Source: Pirellulales bacterium
Lineage (GTDB): Bacteria; Planctomycetota; Planctomycetia; Pirellulales; JAEUIK01
Direction of reading: 5' to 3'
NCBI GenBank assembly: GCA_965227275.1
Contig: CBDDFU010000001.1
Coordinates: forward strand, 5,050,237-5,114,236
Length of the DNA: 64,000 nucleotides
Part shown: piece by piece, positions 1 through 9,771 of the stretch
Layout: each line of letters begins with the position of its first letter
How positions within the stretch are numbered: the stretch's first letter is position 1
The notes under the pieces: generated by a model
The model's database searches: none
Seen by the model: the letters and a program-made list of their open reading frames with translations, nothing else
What the model was told of the DNA's origin: nothing
Position numbers and translations under genes: made by a program

Positions 1-1
1 C

Positions 2-1294
2 ATCGAAACGATCGCAATGCTTCAGTACCTCAGCGCGGAGTTTGAGTGGTTGTTCATTTCTACATCTGCTAGAGGCGATCTGAGTATCACAGGCTGTCTC
101 GTCGCGGTCGCCATTCTAGTGATGTTCGTGCTAGTCAATTCGAGAGGTGCTGCCTTCTTCGCGAAAGCCAATACAGTGATCGCGTGTATCAAACTCACCG
201 TTCCGCTCATTGTCGGGCTCGCGATCATTTCCACTCGATGTGAGCTTGATAACTTTACAGCCGGAGGGTTTGCACCCTCGGGCATTGAAGGAATACTCGC
301 AGCCGTTTCCGCGGGTGGCATAATCTTCGCTCTGATTGGTTTTCGACACGCTATCGACTTGGCGGGAGAAGTGAAGAACCCACAAGTCACGATTCCTCTC
401 GCACTCACGCTCGCTATCGTGATTTGCATTGGAATCTATCTCGTGCTTCAGATCGCGTTCATTGGTGCGTTGAGCCCGTCCATTCTGTGCGGCGGTTGGT
501 CGAACATCCACTTTACACATGATCTTGGTCCGATGGCGGCCGTGGCTGCGGCCCTGGGAATCGGTTGGATGAGCTTCACCGTATACACAGGTGCCATCGT
601 CGCACCTTTCGGTGGTGGTTTGGTCGCAACAGCATCGATGGCGCGGCTGGGGTATGCCTTAAGCCAGAACGGCTTCTTCCCTGGTTGCTTTCAGAAGCTG
701 TCAAAGCGAGGAATCCCGCTACGTTCACTTTTGTTTAACCTGGTGTTTGGCGTACTTGTCGTCTTCCTTGTTCCGTTTGATGAGGCAGTTTCGATCAACG
801 CGGCTGCAATAACGCTTTCCTTTTGTGCGGGCCCACTTGCCGTAAGTGCATTACGCCATCAGATGCCTGATGTTCCGCGAGCGTTTCGATTACCCGCTGC
901 TTGGTTTGTTTCAAGAACTGGATTCATCGTCGCAACAATGATTGTCTACTGGAGCGGGTGGCATACGACTTGGCGGCTAGGAATAATCATGTTGCTTGGG
1001 CTAATGATTTTCGCGATCAAGAACAGAATAAATGGAATCACGATAGCAGATCTCGACATTAAGCAAGCATGCTGGCTGCTGCCGTTCAGTGCAGGCATCG
1101 CCGCATTGTCATACCTCGGCAGCTTTTCCGGTGGAAAAGGTGTGCTGGTGTACCCTTGGGATCTTCTAGCTGCGACGTTGCTAAGCCTGGCAACTTTTGA
1201 GCTTGCCGATCGTTCTCGGCTGCCCAACCAGGTCGCTGCCCGTTATCGCGAGCAATATCGCACACCTCCCGAGCCAGACATGGCACCGCTGTGA
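2..1294 (+). CDS. APC-superfamily amino acid permease, 5' end outside window
   Basis: ORF 17..1294 stays open to base 2 in the same frame. It is a multi-helix hydrophobic protein. The visible start aligns to roughly TM3 of APC permeases and no N-terminal TM1 G-S-G-I-F type motif is seen, so the true N-terminus is probably upstream. Confidence 0.65.
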   Translation: METIAMLQYLSAEFEWLFISTSARGDLSITGCLVAVAILVMFVLVNSRGAAFFAKANTVIACIKLTVPLIVGLAIISTRCELDNFTAGGFAPSGIEGILAAVSAGGIIFALIGFRHAIDLAGEVKNPQVTIPLALTLAIVICIGIYLVLQIAFIGALSPSILCGGWSNIHFTHDLGPMAAVAAALGIGWMSFTVYTGAIVAPFGGGLVATASMARLGYALSQNGFFPGCFQKLSKRGIPLRSLLFNLVFGVLVVFLVPFDEAVSINAAAITLSFCAGPLAVSALRHQMPDVPRAFRLPAAWFVSRTGFIVATMIVYWSGWHTTWRLGIIMLLGLMIFAIKNRINGITIADLDIKQACWLLPFSAGIAALSYLGSFSGGKGVLVYPWDLLAATLLSLATFELADRSRLPNQVAARYREQYRTPPEPDMAPL

Positions 1295-1604
1295 GCGGTT
1301 CTGCGATTCACGCCTGTTTCGCGATCTGCATATTCCCCATCCGTGAGCAGCGTTAGCGGTACGGACAACGCATATCGTGTCGCCCGATACCTCTGACGAT
1401 TCGAGGGAACTGCTGAACTCTTCGAAACACTGCCTTGGTCTCAGTTTGATTTTGGAAATCCCGTCAGTGAGATGTCTTGAAGGGTGTGCGTCTGACGATA
1501 TGAAGATAGCCCCAAGTCACCCATGGCAGCAATGACAGGCCTTCAAGCCATGCAGAAGTCAGTAACTGCGGCAAGACTGCGAGTAGAGAGCGCCTGATAG
1601 ATCT

Positions 1605-3110
1605 ATGTCCGACCGCGCTCGCAGTAGCCTCAAACATGGCGTTTCATCCGAACTGAAATTGCGACTGCTTCCATATTGGTCCACTGCAATTCTAGTTTTA
1701 CTGCTCAGCCTCACGCTTCGAGCAGACGACTCTCAGAGCCACCGATTCAACAAGCCTGCAACGAGCGTGAGTTCGGGGATGGCATCAGAAGACAGAGCAG
1801 TCGCGCCTTGGCGTTTTCCCCCGTCCGGTCATGTGATCGCAACGCAAGGGAATGGGTATCTGTTCAGTATCGGCTCCGCCGAAACGCTTGATACAACTCC
1901 GCCCATTTGCAATCTTGATGTGGAAGCGGGAAACAATTCCTTCGGCCCCGCACCATTGGATCTGGGCGGCAAATATATTCAGGCAGGGTTCAACGGGACC
2001 ATACAACTCGACACCGTGCATGATTTCGGGGCGATGGGTCTGGATCCGAATAGCCCTGTACTGCGGGAGTTTATCCCTTCAGAGATCCCGGTAGGTGGTG
2101 CGGCCGCCGAGCGAACCGACCGGACGGCCTTCAGTCCGAACCAGTCGCTTTTCGAAGCCTGGGCGCAGACAGACACCGACTACGGCCAACTCCGAGGTTA
2201 TACCAGGCTAAACTTGGCCAAATCGGCTATCAGTACTGAGTTCCAAGTCTATATGGTCTACTTGGAGTGGGGCTGGTTGAAGGGTGGTCTTGATTACACG
2301 TTGTGGTTCAATCAGGCTGCCGCACCAGACACGCTTGACTTCGAGGGCCCTAACTCGATCCCTTACGTTCGCTTTCCTCAGATTCGGCTCAAGGTCCCCT
2401 TCGAGTTCTTCAATGTTGGATCTGGGAACTATCTTTTTTTTGGATTGGAAGACGCACCAAGCGAAGTGACATTACCTGACTCGGTCCCAGATGCGAACGT
2501 GGTGAATCGCTACCCATCGATCATTGCCAAGTGGATCTACGAGCCGCAGTGGGCTCATGTCGAGTTGGCGGGCCTCTACCGCCGCCTCAAAGCCCAGGGG
2601 ACCGACTACTCATCGACAGTCGATGGCTGGGGCCTCGCGCTCAGTGGCCAGCTTCAGACGTTCGGTGAAGACAATCTCATTTTGGCAGGTGAAGTCGGTC
2701 AAGCACTTGGCGCTTACAGCCAGGATACTGATGGTCTCGGCCTCGACGCCGCACCGCGATCTGCCACTGATCAGAATCTCAAGGCAATTCCGGCTGCAGG
2801 AGCGTGGGCGGGCTATCAGCATTGGTGGAACAGTTCGTTGCGTTCCACCGCCACATACGGATTCTTCACCTTGGACAATAACTTTGATCCGACGCCCAAC
2901 CCCGTGGGTACATTTCACCAAACCCAGTACGCGTCGGTGAACATAATTTGGAGCCCCATCCCATCGATCGATATGGGGGTGGAGTACATCTATGGTCGAC
3001 GACGAGTTACCAACTCAACGGCAGTTGACGGAAACCTTGAGGGCGAGAATCATCGAATTCAGGCCACGGTAAGGTGGAACTTTGCGTATCAGAGATCGTC
3101 TGGCGACTAA
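1605..3110 (+). CDS. putative outer-membrane beta-barrel protein (porin-like)
   Basis: 501 aa with an N-terminal signal-like hydrophobic stretch (AILVLLLSLTLRADD). Gly/Tyr/Asp-rich with alternating-pattern segments. Near-C-terminal strand IQATVRWNF ends in an aromatic residue, as in beta-barrels. No specific family recognised. Confidence 0.4.
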   Translation: MSDRARSSLKHGVSSELKLRLLPYWSTAILVLLLSLTLRADDSQSHRFNKPATSVSSGMASEDRAVAPWRFPPSGHVIATQGNGYLFSIGSAETLDTTPPICNLDVEAGNNSFGPAPLDLGGKYIQAGFNGTIQLDTVHDFGAMGLDPNSPVLREFIPSEIPVGGAAAERTDRTAFSPNQSLFEAWAQTDTDYGQLRGYTRLNLAKSAISTEFQVYMVYLEWGWLKGGLDYTLWFNQAAAPDTLDFEGPNSIPYVRFPQIRLKVPFEFFNVGSGNYLFFGLEDAPSEVTLPDSVPDANVVNRYPSIIAKWIYEPQWAHVELAGLYRRLKAQGTDYSSTVDGWGLALSGQLQTFGEDNLILAGEVGQALGAYSQDTDGLGLDAAPRSATDQNLKAIPAAGAWAGYQHWWNSSLRSTATYGFFTLDNNFDPTPNPVGTFHQTQYASVNIIWSPIPSIDMGVEYIYGRRRVTNSTAVDGNLEGENHRIQATVRWNFAYQRSSGD

Positions 3111-3244
3111 TCTTCTCGTGCCATGGTTCCGCCGTGGAACCCTCAGGCGTTCGTGTCGCGGCCTCGAACGCGGACGTTCAATAGTCTAGTGGCAAGCTCT
3201 TGTTTGGAGTTCCACTCCCTAGCGGTGGTGAGGACTTTTTGGCT

Positions 3245-3265
3245 GTGCTCATATAATATGAGCAC
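3245..3265. promoter_or_regulatory. 21-bp palindrome containing a TATAAT hexamer, upstream of the decarboxylase genes
   Basis: GTGCTCATAT-A-ATATGAGCAC has perfect 10-bp arms. TATAAT lies at 3252..3257. The site is about 90 bp upstream of the ATG at 3355. Confidence 0.4.
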
Positions 3266-3354
3266 CCTAAGTGCAGCTCTCGGTGTGCGTATCACCTGTC
3301 GACCAGAACGCACGCGAATCTCACCTTCAAAGAAATATGTGAGCGGAGGCAAGC

Positions 3355-5664
3355 ATGACTTTTGGTTTTCGAGCGGTCCCAGAGGATCTCGCCAAAGCGT
3401 TTCCAGTACTGCTCGTGGCTTCGAATCCTTCAGATTCCACACTCGGTCGTATCATCAGCGAGACAGTGGATGAGTTAGAGGTCTATGGGAATCCCGTAAC
3501 AATGGCACACAGCGCCGCTGACGCACTGGCAGCGATTACGGCAAACCCCTCATTTTCAGGAGTTGTCCTCAGCCTTGATCTGGTGCTTGCTAACCACCGG
3601 CGATGGGAGAACGCGACGTCGGTCGTGCGGGCAGTGCGACAACACAGCAAGAACTTGCCAATCCTGCTTTGGAGCAATCGCGATGTACTTGGCAGTGTTC
3701 CACTGGAAATCGTAGAGCAGAGTGAGGGATATATTTGGCCGCTTGAAGATAGTCCCCGATTCATCGCGGGGCGGATTCAGGCCGCTGCGGATCGATACTT
3801 GAAGACATTATTGCCTCCGTTCTTCGGCGCGATCGTCAACTTCGATCAGCAACACGAATATTCATGGCACACCCCTGGACACTCTGGAGGAACGGCCTTT
3901 ATGAAGACCGCAGTCGGCCGGGCGTTTATCGACTTTTACGGTGAGCAGTTGCTTCGATCAGATCTCTCGGTCTCTGTCGATGAACTTGGCTCGCTAAACG
4001 ATCATTCCGGCCCTGTCGCAGAGGCAGAGCAATTTGCCGCCGAGGTTTTTGGTGCCGATCAAACCTATTTCTCAGTCGGAGGGAGTTCTGCGAGCAACGA
4101 GATCGTATTGCGCTCCGCTGTTGCAGACGGAGATATCGTTCTAGTCGATCGCAACTGCCACAAGTCACTAAATTACGCGCTCAACATAGCTGGCGCGATC
4201 CCCGTCTATCTAATGCCCCGCCGTAATCCACGTGGTGTCATCGGCCCAGTTCCATCAGAAGAGCTAACCCCCGAAGCAATCCAAAAAAAGCTGGCGGAGA
4301 GTCCGTTAGTGAAAGATCCGAATCAAAAGCCCGTGATGGCTGTGCTGACCAATTCGACCTACGACGGTCTCTGCTATGACGTCGAGACGACAACAAGACT
4401 GCTTAGCCAAAGCGTGGATAGAATTCACTACGATGAAGCATGGTTCGCGTACGCCTGCTTCAACTCGCTGTACCAAGGTCGCTACGGAATGCACCAAGGT
4501 GCTCATTCCAACGACGAGGCCACGGTGAGCGTCACTCATTCAACGCACAAGTTATTGGCTGCTCTCTCCCAGGCCTCGATGATTCACATTCGTTGTGGCA
4601 AAGCCCCCGTGAATCCGGACTTGTTCAATGAGGCGTTCATGATGCACACGTCGACATCTCCACAATACAGCATCATTGCGTCAAGCGACGTATCGACCAA
4701 GATGATGGCCGATGCGGGATCGGCACTCACGCAGGAGTGCATCTTGGAGGCCGTCGACTTCCGCCAGGAGATGATGCGGGTAGGCGATCAGCTGCGAGTT
4801 CGTAATCCAGATACATGGTGGTTCACGCCATGGAATGCTGAGCGGGTCACAGATTGCCCATTTTTGGAGGTCGAACCTAAGCGATTGGCCGAAGATGCCG
4901 AGCCCTGGTTATTTTCCAAAGACGATTCTTGGCATGGCTTCGGAAACCTAGAAAACGGATACTGCATGCTCGATCCGATTAAGGTCTCCATTCTCACTCC
5001 AGGCCTGACCCATACCGGTGAGCTTTCCGAATGGGGCATTCCTGCAGCGCTCGTTTCAACTTTTCTCGCTAGCCGAGGGATCATTGTCGAAAAGACCGAG
5101 CCCTACTCGTTTCTCCTTCTGTTCTCAATTGGCATTACGAAGGGAAAGTGGGGGTCGCTTGTCGCGGAGCTACTGAGATTCAAAGAACTGCACGACTCCA
5201 ATGCACCCCTGGAACAAGTTTTGCCGAAAGTCGTTCGTGACCACCCTGATCGTTATGGCTCAATGAGAATCGGACAACTCGTAGATGAAATGCATCAGGC
5301 CATGGAAGACCACGACATCCTAGGCAACATGGATCGGGCGTTCATGGAGTTGCCCGAAGCGTTGCTTACACCACGTGAAGCTTATGGGCGGCTGGTACGA
5401 GGAAGGGTGGAGAAAGTCCGTGCCGACGAACTCAAAGGGCGGACGTTGGCCGTGCAGGTTGTTCCTTATCCGCCTGGAATTCCTCTGCTGATGCCGGGCG
5501 AGCGATTCACAGAGAAAACCGCAGCCATAGGCGACTTTCTGGTGGGCTTGCAGGACTTCGATGCCCAGTTTCCAGGGTTTGAACACGAGATCCATGGTGT
5601 GCAGACCGTCCAGGAAGGCGACGATCCACCTTACTATACATTGTATTGCGTTCACGATTCATGA
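3355..5664 (+). CDS. Orn/Lys/Arg decarboxylase, large biodegradative type (PLP-dependent, fold type I)
   Basis: 769 aa with an N-terminal receiver-like wing domain. Motifs YSWHTPGHSGG and DRNCHKS, and the PLP-lysine motif VTHSTHKLLAALSQAS, match what I remember of AdiA/CadA/SpeF-type enzymes. GGAGG sits 5 nt upstream of the ATG. Confidence 0.9.
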   Translation: MTFGFRAVPEDLAKAFPVLLVASNPSDSTLGRIISETVDELEVYGNPVTMAHSAADALAAITANPSFSGVVLSLDLVLANHRRWENATSVVRAVRQHSKNLPILLWSNRDVLGSVPLEIVEQSEGYIWPLEDSPRFIAGRIQAAADRYLKTLLPPFFGAIVNFDQQHEYSWHTPGHSGGTAFMKTAVGRAFIDFYGEQLLRSDLSVSVDELGSLNDHSGPVAEAEQFAAEVFGADQTYFSVGGSSASNEIVLRSAVADGDIVLVDRNCHKSLNYALNIAGAIPVYLMPRRNPRGVIGPVPSEELTPEAIQKKLAESPLVKDPNQKPVMAVLTNSTYDGLCYDVETTTRLLSQSVDRIHYDEAWFAYACFNSLYQGRYGMHQGAHSNDEATVSVTHSTHKLLAALSQASMIHIRCGKAPVNPDLFNEAFMMHTSTSPQYSIIASSDVSTKMMADAGSALTQECILEAVDFRQEMMRVGDQLRVRNPDTWWFTPWNAERVTDCPFLEVEPKRLAEDAEPWLFSKDDSWHGFGNLENGYCMLDPIKVSILTPGLTHTGELSEWGIPAALVSTFLASRGIIVEKTEPYSFLLLFSIGITKGKWGSLVAELLRFKELHDSNAPLEQVLPKVVRDHPDRYGSMRIGQLVDEMHQAMEDHDILGNMDRAFMELPEALLTPREAYGRLVRGRVEKVRADELKGRTLAVQVVPYPPGIPLLMPGERFTEKTAAIGDFLVGLQDFDAQFPGFEHEIHGVQTVQEGDDPPYYTLYCVHDS

Positions 5665-5704
5665 ATCGCGAACGCTGCAACATGCCCAAACATCGGGAAA
5701 ATTG

Positions 5705-8059
5705 ATGCAATACGATCGACTCTTTCGTTTTCTCTTTGTCCACCAGGAGGTACACAATGAGACCGTCACTGGTCGACTACTCCGAGGTATCGTCCGGGCG
5801 ATCGAAGAACGCGGCTATACGGTTTCCAACGCTTTGTCGACCGATCAGGCCCGGACTGCGGTACAAAACGATGCGTCGATTGGTTGCGCACTCATCGGTT
5901 GGGACGATCAGGATGACCGATGTGATGCCGAAGGGTTCATTCGGTTCGTTAGGCATCGAGGCCTCGAGATACCCATATTTCTGGTCACGGAGCGTCACCG
6001 TCTCAAGGAGATACCAAGCACACTGTTAAAGGCTGTTTGCGGTTTCGTCTATCCGCAGGAAGACACTCCAGACTTCACTGCAAAGGTTGTCTTGCGAGCG
6101 TACAAACGCTACGTCGATAGTCTGAAAACTCCTTTCTTCGGTGGGATGATTGACTACGTTGAATCCGGCAATCAAATGTGGCTCGCGCCGGGTCATAATG
6201 GGGGAATCTTCTATCAGAAGAGCCCCATTGGCAGGGTTTTCTTCGACTACCTGGGGGAGAACTTCTGGCGAGCCGATTTCAACTTTGTCCCCGATCTGGG
6301 TGACATCTTCGGACCTACTGGTCCGTTCCGCGACGCGGAAACCGCTGCCGCTGAGATCTTCGGTGCGGAGCGAACTTACTTCGTGCTCAATGGCAGCTCA
6401 ACTTCCAATAAGATGGTCACCGGTTCACTGGTAGCGTCTGGAGATTTGGTATTGCTCGACCGCAACAACCATAAGTCAATTCCTCATGGGGCATTGATGC
6501 TTGCAGGAGGAATTCCGGTATACCTCGACGATGATCGCAACTGTTACGGAATGGTAGGACCGATTGGCATTGATGCGCTGGACGAAGCATCCATCCGACA
6601 GAAGATTCGCGAGAATCCACTGATCACCGATGAAAGCCGGTGGCGCAAGCCGCGACCATTCCGCTTGGCTGTTGTTGAGAACTGCACCTATGACGGCACC
6701 ATCTACGACGTCAAGAAGATCCTCGAGAGAATCGGTCACCTCTGCGAGTACATCCTTTTTGATGAGGCCTGGGGCGGATTCATGCGATTTCATCCCGTCT
6801 ATGCGGACCGTTATGCGATGAGCCTACAGGATCTTGGACCAGATGCTCCTGGCATCATCGCAGTTCAGTCAACACACAAACAGTTAGCGGGCATGTCGCA
6901 GGCATCTCAGTTTCATGTCAAAGATTCTCATTTGGAAGGACAATCTCAGCAGGTCAGCCACCGCCGGATCAACGAAGTGTTCATGATGCACACTTCGACA
7001 TCGCCGTTCTATCCGATGTACGCATCGTTGGATGTCGGTGCACAAATGATGAAAGGTCCAAGTGGAAGATTCTTGTGGGACGAAACCTTACGATTGGGCA
7101 TTGACATTCGCAAACAGATCCGAGGGTTGGCTAAGGAGTATCGCGAAAAGGAATCCGACCCGCGACGGCATTGGTTCTTCGAGCCATTCGTGCCAGAGAT
7201 GGTTAACACCGATGGATTCGGAGACCATGGACCACTTAGCGATACTCCCTGGGAGAATGTACCGACCGACGTTCTGGTAAACGACCCACAATGTTGGATG
7301 TTTCACGAAGGCGAGGCTTGGCACGGCTATACGAGAATCGAAACAGACTACGCGATGGTCGACCCTACCAAGATGCTGTTGCTGACGCCCGGGATAGACC
7401 GCCAGACTCTTCAGTATGAAGACTGGGGCATACCCGGCGCGATTGTTGGCAGCTACATGCGAAGCCGAGGTATCGTGCCTGAAAAGACAGACTTCAATCT
7501 CATCCTGTTCCTGCTTACTCCTGGACTGGAGCATAGCAAAGCCGGTGCGTTGCTATCGGCCCTCGTTGAGTTTAAACGATTGTTTGATGAGAACTCACCT
7601 GTCGCAGAAGTAATGCCGGACATAACCAAACAGTTCCCCGAACGCTACGACAAGATTGGCATCAGAGAGATTGCACAGGGCCTCCACGACCTGTTCGTCA
7701 AGCACGATGCCAAACGTCTACAGCAGGATCTATTCAGATGTGAGTTTCTGCCTGAGATCGCGATGTCACCTCAAGAAGCTCACAGCCATCTTGTGGCCAA
7801 CCGAGTCGATTATGTTCCGTTAGACGAAGTGAACGGGAGGATCAGCGCTACGTTAGCGCTGGTTTATCCACCGGGTATTGGTGTCGTAGTGCCCGGGGAA
7901 CGCTACTCAGAGCGATCACAGTCGGTGATCGATTACTTTCGCCTATTCGAAGAAACCGAAAATCAGTGTCCGGGTTTCGAGAACGAGATTCAGGGCGTTT
8001 ATCCCGAGCGATTGGGCAACGGTTCCGTCCGCTACTTTACATACGTTGTCCAAGAATAG
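5705..8059 (+). CDS. second Orn/Lys/Arg decarboxylase paralog (PLP-dependent)
   Basis: Start moved to ATG 5705 (MQYDRLF...), because the 5561 start would overlap the upstream gene by about 100 nt. Motifs WLAPGHNGG and DRNNHKS, and PLP-lysine motif VQSTHKQLAGMSQAS. Confidence 0.9.
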   Translation: MQYDRLFRFLFVHQEVHNETVTGRLLRGIVRAIEERGYTVSNALSTDQARTAVQNDASIGCALIGWDDQDDRCDAEGFIRFVRHRGLEIPIFLVTERHRLKEIPSTLLKAVCGFVYPQEDTPDFTAKVVLRAYKRYVDSLKTPFFGGMIDYVESGNQMWLAPGHNGGIFYQKSPIGRVFFDYLGENFWRADFNFVPDLGDIFGPTGPFRDAETAAAEIFGAERTYFVLNGSSTSNKMVTGSLVASGDLVLLDRNNHKSIPHGALMLAGGIPVYLDDDRNCYGMVGPIGIDALDEASIRQKIRENPLITDESRWRKPRPFRLAVVENCTYDGTIYDVKKILERIGHLCEYILFDEAWGGFMRFHPVYADRYAMSLQDLGPDAPGIIAVQSTHKQLAGMSQASQFHVKDSHLEGQSQQVSHRRINEVFMMHTSTSPFYPMYASLDVGAQMMKGPSGRFLWDETLRLGIDIRKQIRGLAKEYREKESDPRRHWFFEPFVPEMVNTDGFGDHGPLSDTPWENVPTDVLVNDPQCWMFHEGEAWHGYTRIETDYAMVDPTKMLLLTPGIDRQTLQYEDWGIPGAIVGSYMRSRGIVPEKTDFNLILFLLTPGLEHSKAGALLSALVEFKRLFDENSPVAEVMPDITKQFPERYDKIGIREIAQGLHDLFVKHDAKRLQQDLFRCEFLPEIAMSPQEAHSHLVANRVDYVPLDEVNGRISATLALVYPPGIGVVVPGERYSERSQSVIDYFRLFEETENQCPGFENEIQGVYPERLGNGSVRYFTYVVQE

Positions 8060-8101
8060 ACGTCACGATTATGTTTAGGATTCTGACTGAGGATATGCCT
8101 A

Positions 8102-9493
8102 GTGGGTGACGATGGTTCTCAAAAGCTAGGCCGCACAGGCTTGGTCGCCCTTGTCGCGGGCTCGATGATTGGCGGCGGAATATTCAATCTACCGCAGAAC
8201 ATGGCCGCCGGAGCTGGCGCCGGCGCGGTGCTGATCGCGTGGGTCATTACTGGCATCGGCATGTTTTTCTTGGCGAACTCATTTCGTATCCTGGCTGAGA
8301 CACGCCCGGAACTGACCGGTGGCATCTACACCTACGCCCGTTCTGCCTTTGGAAGGTTTATCGGCTTCGAAGTAGCTTGGGGCTATTGGCTAAGCGCGGC
8401 GTTTGGCAATGTCGCGTTCGCAGTCCTAATCATGGAAGCACTCAGTTACTTCTTTCCTATACTTGGCGATGGAACAAACCCGTGGTCGATCTTGGGGGGT
8501 TCAGCGTTGATATGGGGAATGGCACTTCTGGTGCTGCAAGGAGTCAGAGGGGCTGCGATACTGAACGTGATCGCAACTGTCGGCAAGCTCATTCCGTTAG
8601 GGTTTATTGTAATCGCGACTCTCTATGCCTTTCGTGTTGCTGAATTTAGATTCGACTTTTGGGGGCAACAACCACGCATCGGAGGGCTGGTGGGACAGAT
8701 CAAAAGCACAATGCTCGTAACTCTCTGGGCTTTCATTGGTATCGAGGGTGCCGTTGTCGTCTCGGGGCGTGCCAAAAAGCCAGAGCAAGTTGGACAAGCG
8801 ACAATCATCGCGCTGGTTGCATGCCTGCTACTCTACGTGCTGCTTTCGTTGTTTCCATTCGGAGTAATGCACCACGCTGAACTGGCAGAACTCAAGGATC
8901 CTTCAACCGCGTATCTATTCGCCAGCATTGTCGGCGACTGGGGAGCCGACTTCGTTAACCTTGGCGTGATCATTGCAATACTAGGCTGCTGGTTGTCTTG
9001 GACCATATTGGTCGCGGAAGTGCCGCAAATCGCGGCTCAGGATGGAACATTCCCCCGATTCCTGGCAAAGGAGAATCGCAAAGGGGCACCTTCTGCGGCA
9101 TTGGTGGTATCCAGCATCTTGATGCAGGTCATGATGTTTGTGCCCCTGATCGAGAAACAAGCCTGGCTATTTCTGTTGGGAATTACTGGTGTTATGGTGC
9201 TTCCGGCATACCTTGCCAGCGTTCTTTTCTTGAGCAAATCAGCACTACGGACATCGAGAACTTCGACCGATTCTACGAGAGAGACCAAAACAGCGCTTGC
9301 TCAACCTTCAAAGTATGGCCGAGGTTTTATGCTCTTTACCGGAGCCATGGCCAGCGTGTATGCCATCTGGTTGCTGTATGCTGCCGGTCCCAAGCTACTC
9401 GCTTTGTCGCTGATTTTGTACGCCCTTGGTATTCCGATCTACTGGTGGACCGACTCCCGAGGGAAGCACCCCAAACCTGTAAGATCCTCCTAG
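8102..9493 (+). CDS. basic amino acid/polyamine antiporter (APA family of the APC superfamily; ArcD/PotE/CadB-like)
   Basis: 463 aa with about 12 hydrophobic helices. N-terminal LVALVAGSMIGGGIFNLPQ is typical of APA antiporters. GTG start is preceded by GAGGA. Confidence 0.8.
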   Translation: MGDDGSQKLGRTGLVALVAGSMIGGGIFNLPQNMAAGAGAGAVLIAWVITGIGMFFLANSFRILAETRPELTGGIYTYARSAFGRFIGFEVAWGYWLSAAFGNVAFAVLIMEALSYFFPILGDGTNPWSILGGSALIWGMALLVLQGVRGAAILNVIATVGKLIPLGFIVIATLYAFRVAEFRFDFWGQQPRIGGLVGQIKSTMLVTLWAFIGIEGAVVVSGRAKKPEQVGQATIIALVACLLLYVLLSLFPFGVMHHAELAELKDPSTAYLFASIVGDWGADFVNLGVIIAILGCWLSWTILVAEVPQIAAQDGTFPRFLAKENRKGAPSAALVVSSILMQVMMFVPLIEKQAWLFLLGITGVMVLPAYLASVLFLSKSALRTSRTSTDSTRETKTALAQPSKYGRGFMLFTGAMASVYAIWLLYAAGPKLLALSLILYALGIPIYWWTDSRGKHPKPVRSS

Positions 9494-9771
9494 CAACAGT
9501 TCCGCTCCCCGATCTTTCCAGAAGGGACACTCTTCGAAACCAATCCAGTGAACACCCTCGATACAGCCACGCGTTCTGCCAGCAATCTACGACAGGGGTG
9601 CGATTTCTGATCGCCCTCGGAATGACAACCGTTGCAGCGATGAATGGCGGCATGCGTTCTTGGCGTGCCGAAGGGTTTGGCGTCTCTCGTAGCGTACCGA
9701 TGGTTGATCGAATACTGCGCTCCCCTGCGCCAGGTCATGGGTCTGATGAGAGATTGTTGGAACGAGGAAAC

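Noticed and set aside
3124-3140. Hairpin GGTTCC-GCCGT-GGAACC just after the porin stop codon, considered as a terminator
   Set aside because: The stem is short (6 bp) and there is no downstream T-tract, so the evidence is insufficient.
5561-5704. N-terminal extension of the second decarboxylase ORF (start at 5561)
   Set aside because: It overlaps the 3' end of the first decarboxylase by about 100 nt in another frame, and its sequence looks non-protein-like. The conserved wing domain begins after ATG 5705.
8998-9771. Upstream 258 codons of ORF 8998..10791
   Set aside because: About 500 nt overlap the well-supported antiporter gene in another frame. The translation is Cys/Arg/Trp-rich and not protein-like. 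ATG 9772 has a GAGGAA RBS.
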